Source of the DNA: Mobula birostris
Taxonomy: Eukaryota
Length of the DNA stretch: 50,600 nt
Assembly (NCBI RefSeq): GCF_030028105.1
Contig: NC_092374.1
Span: 204,996,724 to 205,047,323, forward strand
Direction: 5' to 3'
A program made the translations under genes and the position numbers. This document shows, in pieces, positions 1-12,064 of the stretch. The notes under the pieces are model-generated. The model was given only the letters and a program-made list of their open reading frames with translations, searched no databases and was not told the DNA's origin. The number at the start of each line of letters is the position of its first letter. The first letter of the stretch is position 1.

Positions 1-1610
1 ATTTCTCCTTTGGCTCCTCCCACTTCCTCCAAACTAAAGGTGTAGCCATGGGCACCTGTATGGGCCCCAGCTATGCCTGCCTTTTTTGTTGGTTTTGTGG
101 AACAATCTATGTTCCGTGCCTATTCTGGTATCTGTCCCCCACTTTTCCTTCGCTACATCGACGACTGCATTGGTGCTGCTTCCTGCACGCATGCAGAGCT
201 CGTTGACTTCATTAACTTTACCTCCAACTTTCACCCCGCCCTCAAGTTTACCTGGTCCATTTCTGACACCTCCCTCCCCTTTCTTGATCTTTCTGTCTCT
301 GTCTCTGGAGACAGCTTATCTACTGATGTCTACTATAAGCCTACGGACTCTCACAGCTACCTGGACTATTCCTCTTCTCACCCTGTCTCTTGCAAAAATG
401 CCATCCCCTTCTCGCAATTCCTCCGTCTCCGCCGCATCTGCTCTCAGGATGAGGCTTTTCATTCCAGGACGAAGGAGGTGTCCTCCTTTTTTAAAGAAAG
501 GGGTTTCCCTTCCTCCACCGTCAACTCTGCTCTCAAACACATCTCTCCTATTTCACGCACACCTGCTGTCATCCCATCCACCCTCCACCCCACTAGGAAT
601 AGGTTTCCCCTTGTCCTCACCTACCACCCCACCAGCCTCCGGATCCAACATATAATCCTCTGTAACTTCCGCCACCTCCAACGGGATCCCACCACTAAGC
701 ACATCTTTCCCTCCCCCTCTCTACTTTCCGCAGGGATCGCTCCCTACGCGACTTCCTTGTCCATTCATCCCCCCCATCCCTTCCCACTGATCTCCCTCCC
801 AGCACTTATCCTTGTAAGCGGAACAAGTGCTACACATGCCCTTACACTTCCTCCCTCACCACCATTCAGGGCCCCAGACAGTCCTTCCAGGTGAGGCGAC
901 ACTTCACCTGTGAGTTGGCTGGGGTGATATACTGCGTACGGTGCTCCTGATGCGGCCTTCTATGTATTGGCGAGACCCGACGCAGACTGGGAGATCACTT
1001 TGCTGAACACCTACGCTCTGTCTGCCAGAGAAAGCAGGATCTCCCAGTGCCACACATTTTAATTCCACGTCCCATTCCCATTCTGATATGTCTATCCACG
1101 GCCTCCTCTACTGTAAAGATGAAGCCACACTCAGGTTGGAGGAAGAACACTTTATATTCCATCTGGGTAGCCTCCAACTTGATGGCATGAACACTGACTT
1201 CTCAAACTTCCGTTAATACCCCACCTCCCCTTCGTACCCCATCTGTTATTTATTTATTATTATTATTTTTTCTCTCTCTCTCTCTCCGTTTTCTCCCTCT
1301 GTCCCTCTCACTATACCCCTTGCCCATACTCTGGGGTTTCCCCCCTCCCCCTTTTCTTTCTCCCTAGGCCTCCTATCCCATGATCCTCTCATATCCCTTT
1401 TGTTAATCAACTTTCCAGCTCTTAGCTCCATCCCTCCCCCACTGTCTTTTCCTATCATTTTCGATCTCCCCTTCCCCCTCCCACTTTCAAATCTCTTACT
1501 ATCTCTTCTTTTAGTTAGTCCTCTTCCTAGAGATGCTGCCTGGCCTGGTGCATTCACCAGCAACTTTTATGTGTGTTGCTTGAAATTCCAGCATCTGCAG
1601 ATTTCCTTGT
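1..1610 (+). mobile_element. Penelope-like retroelement (RT C-terminal half + GIY-YIG), 5' part outside window, frameshifted
   Basis: GVAMGT and LRYIDD RT motifs, [31 protein letters not shown], and [33 protein letters not shown], followed by a pyrimidine-rich tail and pLTR-like gatgctgcctggcc segment. Confidence 0.9.
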
Positions 1611-1689
1611 GTCCACAACTGTTATGGACTTGCTTCTCTCTGCTAATTTCCCTTCAGATCTTATAGAGGTATATACAAAGGCGGTTCCT

Positions 1690-2790
1690 TAAGGCCATAA
1701 GATATAGGAACAGAATTAGACCATTTGGCCTATCGAGTCTGATCCATCATTCCTTCATGGCTGAACCATTTCCCCTTCAGCCGCAATTTCCTGCCTCCTC
1801 CCTGTATTCCTTCATGCCCTGACTAATCTGTCAACCTCTGCCTTCAATGGACCCTATGACTTGGCCTCCAAAGCCACCTGTGGCAATGAATTCCACACTC
1901 ATTGCTTGTGACAACAATTCACCACTCTCTTTCTAAAGAAATTTCTCCTCATCTCCATTCTAAATGGATGTCCGTCTATTCTGAGGCTGTGCCCTCTGGT
2001 CTTAAACACTCACCTACCTCACCCTCCCGCCACTATAGGAATTATCCTCTCCACATTCGCTCTATCACGGCCATTCAAAGTTCGACAAGTTTCAATGAGA
2101 TCCAAACTCACTCTTCTGAATTCCATTGAGTACACCCCCAGAGCTATCAAGCACCTCTCATCTGATAAGCTCTCAATACTGGAAGCATTTTTGTGATCCT
2201 GCTTTGAGCCGTCTCCAATGATAGCACATCCTTTCTTAGATAAGGTGCTCAAGCCTGCTCACAATGCTCCAAGTGAGGCCTCTTTATAAAGTTTTAACAT
2301 TACATCCTTGGTTTTATATTCTAGTCCTCTCGAAATGAATGCTATCATCACACGTGCCTTCCCCACCACAGACTCAACCAGCAAAATGAGCCTCTAGGGA
2401 ATCCTACCAAGTCCCCATGCACCTCACAGTTTTGAATTTTGTCTCCATTTAGAAAGCGGTCAATCCTGTCATTTCTTCTACCAAAATGCATGACCAGACA
2501 CTTCCTAACACTGTATTGCACCTGTCACCTTTAGCCCATTCTTGTAATCTGTCATTCTGCAGCATCTCTACTTTCTCAAAACTTGTACCTCTACAATCTC
2601 TTCAGACACCTCCTTCAGAACACTGGGGTGCCTTCCATCTGGTTCATGTGACTTTTCAGTTTCACAAGCATCTTCTGCCCCACGGCACTCTTGAACTGCT
2701 GGTGTCTGCCACAGTGAACGCTGATGCAAAATACTTACTCAATTCATCCACCATTTCTCTGTCCCCCATTGCTACCTCTGCAGTGGTGTA
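1690..2790 (-). mobile_element. CR1 LINE, internally deleted 3' fragment
   Basis: Minus-strand peptides LGVYSMEFRRV..DLIET and ELSKYFASAFTV; CR1 3' tail near 1700. Confidence 0.8.
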
Positions 2791-2799
2791 ATAGTGTTG

Positions 2800-5070
2800 T
2801 GTAATAACCCAGATCTTATTAGGGAGATCAACATAAAGGAACACTGAGGAGACAGTGATCATAATATGATTGAATTCAGGCTGCAGTTTGAGAGAAGCAT
2901 AAATCAGATGTGTCAGTATCACAATGGAGTACTGTAAAGGGAATTACAGAGGCAAGAGAGAGGAGCTTGCCCAGGTGGATTGGAGGAGGATACTGGCAGG
3001 GACGATGGCAGAGCAGAGATGGCTGAAGTTTCTGGGAATAGTTCACAAGTCACAGGATAGATATGTCCACCAAAGGAGGAAGTTCTCAAATGGCAGGGGT
3101 AGCCAACCATGGCTGACAAAGGAAGTTAAGGGCTGCATAAAAGCCAACGAAATGACATATAAAGTAGTAAAAGTGAGTGGGAAGTTGGATGATTGGTAAG
3201 CTTTCAAAATCCATTAAAAGGCTACTTAAAAAGCTATAAGAAGGGAAAAGATGAAATAGGAGGGCAAACTAGCCAATAATTAAGCAGGATACCAGAAGTT
3301 TTTTCCAGTTATATGAAGAGTAAAAAGGAAGTGAGAGCTGATATTGGACCACTGGAAAATGATGCTGGTGAGGTAGTAATGGGGGACAAAGAAATGGCAG
3401 ATGAACTTAATGGGTACTTTGCATCAGTCTTCACTGTGGAAGACACTAGCTGTATGCCAGAGGTCTGTGAGCGTCAGGGAGCAGGGGTGAGTGCCATTGC
3501 TATTACAAAGGAAAAAGTGCCAGGCAAGCTCAAACGTCTTAAGGTGAATAAGTCACCTGAACCAGGTAGACTACATCCCAGAATCCTGAGAGAGGTTGCT
3601 GAAGAGATAACGGATGCATTGGTCATGATCTTTCAAGAATCATTTGATTCTGGCATGGTCCCGGAGGACTGGAAGATTGCAAATGTCACTCCACTCTTTG
3701 AGGAAGGAGGACGCCAAAAGAAAGGAAATGACAGGCCAGTTAGTCTAACCTCGGTGGCTGGGAAGGTGTTGGAGTCTATTATTTAGGATGAGGTTTCGTG
3801 GTACTTGGAGACTAACAAAATAAGTCAAAGTCTGCATGTTTTCTGTAAAGGGAGATCTTGCCTGACAAGTCTGTTAGAGTCCTTTGAGGAAGTAACAAGC
3901 AGGGTGGACAAAGGGGAGGCAATGAATGTCATTTACTTTGATTTTCTGAAGGCTTTTGATAAGGTGCCACTCATGAGGCTGCTTAACAAATCTTATGGCA
4001 TTACAGGAAAGATACTGGCATGGATAGCAGAATGGCTGACAGGCAGGAGGCAGAGAGTGGGGATAAAAGGGGCCTTTTCAGGTTGGCTGCCAATGACTAA
4101 TGGTGTTCCTCAGGGGTCAGTATTGGGACCACTACTTGTCACAATGTTTGTCAGTGATTTAGATAATGGAATTAATGGCTTTGTGGCAAAGTTTGCGGGT
4201 GATACGAAGATAGGTGGAAGGGTAGGTAGTGCTGAGGAAGCAATGCCATTGCAGCAGGACTTAGAATAATTGGAAGAATGGGCAAAAAAGTGACAGATGG
4301 AATATGGTATTGGGAAATGTATGATAATGCATTTTGGTAAAAGGAACAATAGTGCAGACTATTATCTAAATGGGGAGAAGGTTCAAACATCAGAGGTGCA
4401 GAGGGACTTAGGAGTCCTTGTGTAAGACTCCCAGAAAGTTAACTTACTGGTGGAGTCTGGGGTAAAGAAGGCAAATGCAATGTTGGCATTTATTTCAGGG
4501 GGAATAGAATATAAAATCAAGGAGATAGTGTTGAGTCTTTATAAGATACTAGTCAGGCCACACCTGGAGTATTGTCAACAGTTTTGCCCCCATATCTCAG
4601 AAAGCATGTGGTGTCATTGGAGAGAGTCCAGAGGACGATTCTGGAAATGAAGGGGTTAACATACGAGGAGCGTTTGGCAGCTTTGGGCCTGTAATTTAGA
4701 AGGATGCAGGGGAACCTGCATTGAAGCCTACCGAATGTTGAAAGGACTAGATGGGGTGGATGTGAAGATGTTTCCTATGGTAGGGGTATCCAGAATTAGA
4801 GGGCACAGTCTCAAAATTGAGGGGGCGACCCTTTAGAACAGAGGTAAGGAGGATTTCTTTTTTCAGCCAGAAAGTCATAAATTTGTGGAATGCTGTGCCA
4901 CAGACTGCGGTGGAGGCTGTGCGTGGGTATATTTAAGACTGAATTTGATAGTTTCAGGGCACCCAAGGATAGGGCGAGAAGGCAAGTGTAGGGGGTAGTG
5001 TGGGATCCAGCATCCGCCATGATGGGATGACAGCAGACTCAATGGGCTGAATGGCCTAAATCTGCTTCTA
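2800..5070 (+). mobile_element. CR1 LINE ORF2 (endonuclease C-terminus to 3' end), degenerate
   Basis: [47 protein letters not shown] and FAGDTK; multiple stops. Confidence 0.92.
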
Positions 5071-5489
5071 TAGGAATAAAAAAATGATTTTTTAAAAACC
5101 CTCTGTACTCCATCTTTTCCTTTTTTTTATGACTTTGTAAAAGCTACTGAATCTTCTGGTGGTTTTTAAAAGCTACCGAATACTCCGATTTCCCTTCTAA
5201 TTTTTGTCCTGTTGCTTTGGCTTCTCTTGTCAGCCACGGTTACATCATCCTGCCATTAGAATAATTCATCGTCTTTGGGATGTATCTATCCTGTAACTCC
5301 CAGAAATTCCAGCCATTGCTGCTGGAGTTCCCTTCCAATCAATTTTGGCCAGCTCCTCTCCAATGGCTCTGTAAATTCCCATTGCTCCACTACAATACTG
5401 ATGCATCCGACTTTAGATTCTCCTTCTCAAATTACTGGGAGAATTCTTTCATATTATGATCACTATATCTTTAGCATTCAATCATCTTC

Positions 5490-5795
5490 AAGGGCAATGC
5501 TTCAAAAAGGCAGCATCCATCATTAAGGACCCCCATCACCCACGACATGCCCTCCTCTCATTGCTATCATTGAGGAGGAGGCACACGCAGCGTTTCAGGA
5601 ACAGCTTCTTCCCCTCTGCCATCAGATTTCTGAATGGACACTACCTCACCACTCCCCCCCGCCTATTTTTGTACCTCTTATTCAATTTTCATATACTTTT
5701 AACTGTAATTTTTAGTTTTTAATTGTTCCAGTTTACTGCTGCCATAAAACAACAAATTTCACAACATATGCCAGTGATATTAAACCTGATATTCT
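5490..5795 (+). mobile_element. Rex1/Babar LINE 3' fragment
   Basis: KKAASIIKDPHHP..RFRNSFFPSAIRFLN plus the characteristic 3' UTR. Many similar short copies occur in the window (12430, 15590, 21230, 23540, 39020). Confidence 0.7.
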
Positions 5796-6083
5796 ACTGC
5801 CCTCACTCAGGCATTGTAACATCAACTAGACAGTCAGCCAAACTCCACTCCAAAATGACATGAGAGTCACGGTGTCGTGTCCTAGCTCCTTGGTTTTATT
5901 GCAGACTCAATGGCACGTCACAGTGAATAAAGTCGGATATGAGAGAGGTCAGAGGAGAATGGCCAGACTGGTTCAAGCTGACAGGAAAGCGACAGCAACT
6001 CAAACAGCCATGCACAGAGAAGAGCATCTCTGAATGTACAGCATGCCAAACTTTGGCTAGCAGATGACCACGACCATACAGTG

Positions 6084-6160
6084 TACTCAGTGGCCACTTT
6101 ATTAGGTACAGGGCCTTGCATTACAACAGAACGTACCTAATAAAGTGGCCACTGAATGTA
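6084..6160. mobile_element. Tc1-type MITE / short TIR element
   Basis: Perfect 22-bp inverted repeat cagtggccactttattaggtac (6088..6109) / gtacctaataaagtggccactg (6133..6154) with TA near both ends. Tc1-like transposase remnant immediately to the left (~5930-6060). Confidence 0.65.
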
Positions 6161-6479
6161 ATTTCACAGAGAGTAATAAAGGCAGCCATTTGTTTTTTAA
6201 CAAGGCTTTATTACAAATACATACAAGGAATCAGTAGGTCATCATCACTGCCCCTCCACCCTGCGTTTGGAAACTTTGGACATTGGCAAAAATGTAGTGT
6301 ACAGGTAAAGGTTCAAAGGGGCAGGTGTGACAGACCAAATCTGATGTTCCTTCTTACAGACACACAAAATGAAAGTGTTCATCTTCATTTACAAATAGGC
6401 AAATACATTTGCAAATTTACTTCACTTGGAAAATACACTATCAGAGCCAAGCACTGTAAACTGGTTGCATCATCAGCGA

Positions 6480-7060
6480 GTTTGAGACACGGAAAGATAT
6501 CAATAAAATTGAAGAGGTGCAGAGAAGATTTACAAGGACATTGTCGGGACTGGGGGCCCTGCGTTACAGAAAACGGTTGAATAGGTGAGGACTTTATTCA
6601 GCAGAGCAAGGGTCCTAGGTTAACGGTACGTCTCCATGATATAAAAGAAGTTAGGAACTTCTGCCCCATGGCATAGCAGAATGAGGGGAGATTTGATGGA
6701 AGAATACAAAATTATCCGGGGTATAGATAGGGTAAATGCAATCAGGCTTTTTCCACTGAGATTGGGTGAGGTGAGAACTAAAGGTCATGGGTTAAGGGTG
6801 AAAAGTGAAATGTTTAAGGTGAACATGAGGGTGGGGGGACTTCACTCACAGGATGGTGCAGGTGTGGAACAAGTTGCCAGTTGAAGTGGTGGATGTTGGT
6901 TCAATAGCACCATTCAAGGAAATCGGAATCGTACTTGGACGGGAGAGCTATGGAGGGCAATGGTCTGGGTGCAGGTCAATGGGACTAGGCAGAATAATAA
7001 TCCAGCAGGGAGTAAATGGGCAAAAGAGCCACTTTCTGTGCTGTAGTGGTCTATTCCTGC
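6480..7060 (+). mobile_element. CR1 LINE 3' fragment
   Basis: MRGDLMEEYKIIRGIDRV..RLFPLR..TKGHGLRV. Confidence 0.8.
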
Positions 7061-7254
7061 AGAGGCCAGTCACAAAGAGCCTTGGTGAGCGTCCATCTGC
7101 AATGTTTTGTGCAAGTCTACTATTAAGGATTACAGAACGCAGCAGAGAATTGGACAGCAGAGCAAAGGATACCCCACTTTACTAATCCCATTTGCCCACA
7201 TCCCTCCAGGCCTTTCCTACTCCATTGCCTGTCCAAATTGCTGAAGGTTGTCAC

Positions 7255-7525
7255 AGCTGCGGGAGGTAGTGGGGATGAGATCTCACGACCTATTAAATAC
7301 TCCCAATGACGAGTGTCTCAAATAGCCTGTGACGGCTGAGTCCCGCTCCTGGCCTCCACGTCTGGCTTAGCTACTAATACCAAGGGAGTTGTGTCGACTG
7401 CCAGAAGGGCAAGGGCGGGTTACTGGTGCCTAAAATCCAGTCACTCTGGGCAGGCGAGGCACGTCGGCTGTGGGTGGCAGCTCATCTAGAAGGAACTCTC
7501 TGATCTCAAACCTCCACTGCCTTTT
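7255..7525. repeat. Partial copy of an unclassified ~560-bp dispersed repeat (opposite orientation to the copies at 24285 and 29500)
   Basis: tctgatctcaaacctcc is the reverse complement of ggtttgagatcaga in the other two copies; similarity extends ~270 bp. Confidence 0.7.
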
Positions 7526-7531
7526 TATACT

Positions 7532-7766
7532 TGTTACAGCGAGTCAAAACAACCAATCCCAGGCTGACCTTCATTTAGCAGCCATTGTTCCTATCATTGT
7601 CTCGAAAGCTCGTTGTGTAAACTATTTAAATAGTCGCGCTTTGAGATGTACTGCTGAGTTTTGTAATTATTACCGAATAAAGGTTTATTTCAAGTTCCTG
7701 CTTTGTCTATATCTCCTGGCTTTGGTTCTCTTCGTGGTTCCGAGGTGAGTGGAGCGAGTGAACACA
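7532..7766 (+). mobile_element. Candidate solo LTR (235 bp)
   Basis: TGT...ACA termini; flanks atact/atacg (4 of 5 match, putative TSD); internal CCAAT (~7554), tatttaaa (~7623) and AATAAA (7676..7681) in LTR order. Confidence 0.55.
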
Positions 7767-8679
7767 ATACGAAAGGGGTTATGAAACAGTAGATGATATT
7801 TACACAGTAGATAATTCTGCAAAAATACTTTACAAACCTAGAATTTATAATTTAAACTTGATTATATCTCACATCCATTCCATGTTAGGGAGCTTTGCTT
7901 TATGACTCTGTTACAATACTGCATAGAGGCATGAATTTAAAAGTCTAATGCCTTGCAGAAAGAAGCTGAGCCTGTTGGCCCTGGCTTTAATGCTGCGGTA
8001 GCATTTGGCAGACGGAAGCAGCTGAAACAAGTTGTGGCTGGGGTGACTGCTGTTCCCGATGATTTTCCGAGCCTGCTTCTATAAATGTTCTCAGTGGAGG
8101 GAGGTTCACATCTTCAGATGCGTTGGGCTGTCCGCGCCACTCTCTGTCAATGGTACCTTTAGGAACTTGGCAGAAAGTCACAATTTAGAGAGAAAGTTCC
8201 AGTGTTCAACATTACTGCCACATGCAGTATCAGAAAGTCTCACACATTCTGGGTAGTGCAGGAGTTACAGGCCTTCCTTTTGACTATCTGGAGTTCACAT
8301 TAATTCACACACTTCTGAGTGCATTTCAGAGCGAATAACAGCAGACACTGGGTTGTGTGGGTGGGGGAAAGCAACTCTTGGTGAAGATTATTCTGCTGCC
8401 ATGGGTAGTTAATCCCACCGGATAGATCAGCTATCTGTAAGGAATTTGTACTTACTCCTTGTGGACTGTATGCTTTCCTTTGGGTGCCTCAGTTTCTTCT
8501 CACAGTCCAAATTGTCCCGTGATTAGGTTAGGGTTAAACTGGGAGTTGCTAGGCAGCGTGGCCCGAAGCGTTGGAAGGAACAGTTGCATGTTGTATCTCA
8601 ATACATTTTTTAAAATGGAAATGAACGTTTCAGGCAAAGACACTTCTTTGGTAATGAAGGGTGAAGGTGCCAGGATAAG

Positions 8680-8985
8680 GTGAGGGGTGCGATGGGGTAC
8701 AGGCAAGGAGTTGATAGGTGAAGCCAGGTGGGTGGGGGAGGAGGATGAAGCAAGAAGCTGGGAGGTGATAGGTGGAAGAGTTAAGGGGCTGAAGAAGAAT
8801 CAATCTGATAGGAGAGAAGAGTGGATCATGGGAGAAAGGGAAGGAGGAGGGGGAATGAGAGGGAGGCAAGGAGACAAGCTAAGAGGCCAGAGTGGGGGGA
8901 GATGAAGAGGATGGGAAGGACAGTGGGAAAAATACTGGCAGATGGAAAACTCAATGTTCACGTTTCAGGTTGATGGCTACCTTCC
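8680..8985 (-). mobile_element. Penelope-like 3' tail fragment
   Basis: Reverse complement of the purine/pyrimidine tail and GIY-YIG end seen at 19690..20210 and 25100..25610. Confidence 0.65.
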
Positions 8986-9014
8986 GCCAGAATCAGCTGC
9001 TCCATCAGCTTCCA

Positions 9015-9270
9015 GTGGTAAAAGATGCAACACAGAGCGTCATAGGAAGTCATTCCTGCCTGTGGCCATCAAACTTTACAACTCCTCCCTTAGAGGGTCA
9101 GACACCCTGAGCCAATAGGCTGGTCCTGGACTTATTTCCTGGCATAATTTACATATTACTATTTAACTACTTATGGTTTTATATTGCTATATTTCTACTC
9201 TGTTCTTGGTTGGGGCAACTGTAACAAAAATCAATTTCCCTTGGAATCAATAAAGTATGACTATGACTAC
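9015..9270 (+). mobile_element. Rex1/Babar 3' end (same subfamily as 20212..20970)
   Basis: Near-identical to 20720..20970, including the aataaa plus (atgact)n tail. Confidence 0.85.
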
Positions 9271-10370
9271 AGCATAGGACCAGTCCATTAATCCCACAAT
9301 GCTGCACTGAACCAGTTGAAAAGTAAATCAAACCCCCCCCCCAAAATTAATCCCTCCACAATGTCCATATCTCTCCATTTTCCTCATATTCATGTGCCTA
9401 GCTAAAGGACTCTTAAAGGCCTCTAGTATATTTGCCTCTACCACCAGACCAGGCAGCGTATTCCAGGCATCCGCTGTTCTCCGAGTAAAAACGTACCCCA
9501 CACATCCCCTTTGAACCTAACCCCTCTCACCTTCGATCCATGCGCTCTGGTGTTAGGCACTTCTACCCTGGGAAAGAGATACTCTCTGTCCACTCTACCT
9601 ATGCCTCCCAATCTTATGAACCTCTTATCAGATCTCCCCTCAGCCTCCGATGCTCCAGAGCAAACAACCCAAGTTTACCCAGCCTCTCCTGACAGCGGAT
9701 GCCCTCTAAACCAGGCAACATGCTGGTAAACCTCTCCTGCACCCTCTCCAAAGCCTCAGCAACCTTCCTATAGCGGGGTGACTAGAACCGTACTCAACAC
9801 TCCAGTGCAGCCTAACCAAAGTTTTATAAAGCTGCAGCAGCTCCTCCTGACTTTGGAACCCAATGCCTTGACTAATAAAATCAAGCATTCCACAAACCTT
9901 CTTAACCACCCTATCAACCACTCTCAAGGAGCTGTGAACTCGGACCCCAAGTTCTGCCCGCTCAGCAACACTGCTAAGGGTCTTACTAAGCCATCCATCC
10001 ACATTTTCATCTAGGTCGTTTATAGACATCAGGGGTCCCAGCACAGATCCCTGTGGAACACCACTAATTACAGACCTCCAGCTCGAATCCATCCCTTCGA
10101 CCACGACCCTCTGTCTTCTGTGCATGAGCAAGCCAATTCTGAATGGAACTAACCAATTCGCCACAGACCCCATAGTTAATCTTCTGGATGAGCCTCCCAT
10201 GAGGGACTTTGTCAAATGCCTTACTAAAATCCATGTAGACAACATCCACAGCCCTAACCTCATCAATCTCTCTAGACACTATGTCAAAACTCATTGAGTT
10301 GATACGGCACGACCTGCCATGCTCAAAGCATTGCTGGCTCTCCCTAGTTAGGCCATGAGCTTCCAAATAT
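9270..10370 (-). mobile_element. CR1 LINE RT/3' fragment, internally deleted
   Basis: [17 protein letters not shown] and VPQGSVLGP on the minus strand. Confidence 0.85.
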
Positions 10371-10399
10371 TCAATACAGAAACATAAAATTTCCTTGCA

Positions 10400-11200
10400 A
10401 GTGGCAAGCAATGTTCGAGTCATGCAAGTGCCAGGCAATGACCATCTCCAACAAGGGAGGCTCTAACCATCGTCCCTTCACATTCAGTGGCATCACCATC
10501 ACTGAATCCCCTACTATCAACATCCTGGGGGGTTAGTATTGACAGGAAACTGAACTGGTCTGGCCATATAAAGACCGTGGCTACCAGAGCAGGTCAAAGG
10601 CTAGGAATCCTGCAGCGTGTAACTCACCTCCTGACTCCCCAAAGCCTGTCCAATGTCTACAAGGCTCAGGTCAGGAATGTAGTGGAATACTTGCCACTCG
10701 CCTGGATGAGTGCAGCTCCATCAATACTCAAGAAGCTGGACACCATCCAGTACAAGGCAGCCCACTGGATTGGTACCCCTTCCACAAGCATCCAGTCCCC
10801 CCACCATCGACGGACAGTTGCAGCAGTGTGTACTATCTACAAGATGCACTGCAACAACACACCAAAGTTCCTAAGGCAGCACCTTCCAGACCACCGACCA
10901 CTACAAACTAGAAGGGCGAGAACAGCAGATACCTGGGAACACCACCAGTTGGAAATCCCCCTCCAAGTCACTCACCATCCCGACCTGGAAACGTATTGCT
11001 ATTCCTTCATTGTCACTGGGTCAAAATCATGGAATTCCCTCCCTATCAGCACTTTAGGTGTCCCTACACCTCAGGGACTGCAGTGGTTCAAGAAGGCAGC
11101 TCATCACCACCTTCTGAATGGCAACTAGGGATGGGCAATAAATGCTGGATTAGCTGGTGATGCCCACATCCCGTAAACGAATAAATAAAAAATAAAATTT
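10400..11200 (+). mobile_element. Divergent CR1/L2-superfamily LINE 3' fragment
   Basis: WQ(A/V)MF..CKCQAMTISNK, GVSIDRKLNWSGHI and VYKAQVRNVVEY..WMSAAP; A-rich aataaataaaaaataaaa tail at ~11180. Confidence 0.75.
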
Positions 11201-11549
11201 CCCTACAACTGGTGTGAGACTCACCAATTTATAGTCCCCTCCTTCCCCTCCCTCCATTTTTAAAAAAAATTCTGGCATCTTTTCAGCCCTGGTGAAGGAT
11301 CTCAGCCTGAAATTTTGACTGTTTATACATTTCCATAGAAGAAGCCTGATCTGCTGAATTGTTCCAGCATTTAGTGTGTGTTGCTCCAGATTTTCAGCTT
11401 CTGAAGAATCTCTGGTGTTTATGATCTCTGCAGTGTCTCTTTAAGGCATCTGTAAAGGTCACTTCCTGTTTAATGGACTTAGGAGTAATTTTCCCAGTTG
11501 GCCACAGGCTTCCTCCCGTGCTTCCGTATCAAGCTCACTGCCGGAAGGG

Positions 11550-12064
11550 TCAAAGGGGGGAGATCTTCATTTTCTCCTGTGACCCCCAAGGACTGAAGAA
11601 AGGGTACACTTTCTCAGTAAATGTGGCTCGAAATGAGTAGATGTGGGCCATGGCTTCGGCATCATATATGTGGATCTTGCCCAGGTTGTGGTCCACGTAA
11701 ACGCCAATGGTCTCAGCAGCGGCCATCCCCTCCAGCGGCGTGGGTAATTCGTCGTTGGCCTCGTACAACTGGCCACGCTTGCCGACGGTCCAGATCCTGT
11801 TATCGGGGCTCAGGGTGACCCAGTCGTTCTTGGGGATGGACGCGTAGGCCGCCCCCAGGTCCCAGTCGGGCTTGTTACCCACCGACACCTCCCAGTACTG
11901 CCTGCCGCTGTCGTAGCCCTGGCAGGCCATCACGAAGAGCCTGGCGTTGAAGCGCTTGGAGTTGTCCTTTTTCTCGTTCCACTCTTCGGTGAACGAGACA
12001 CTCAGCTGGTCGTCTGAGATGACCAGGTACGGGTTGGCAGTGTCTGGGTCAAAGGTGATCGACA
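11550..12064 (-). CDS. BTN-like terminal exon 12: B30.2 (PRY-SPRY) domain
   Basis: Acceptor cctcctcttccctcag|TG and TGA at 11552..11550. Motifs [36 protein letters not shown] and KVYPFF. Confidence 0.96.

Noticed and set aside
3313-4269. RT-like ORFs as host genes (also 32120..33917, 49217..50571)
   Set aside because: These are fragmented CR1 ORF2 pieces with stops and frameshifts, annotated as mobile elements.
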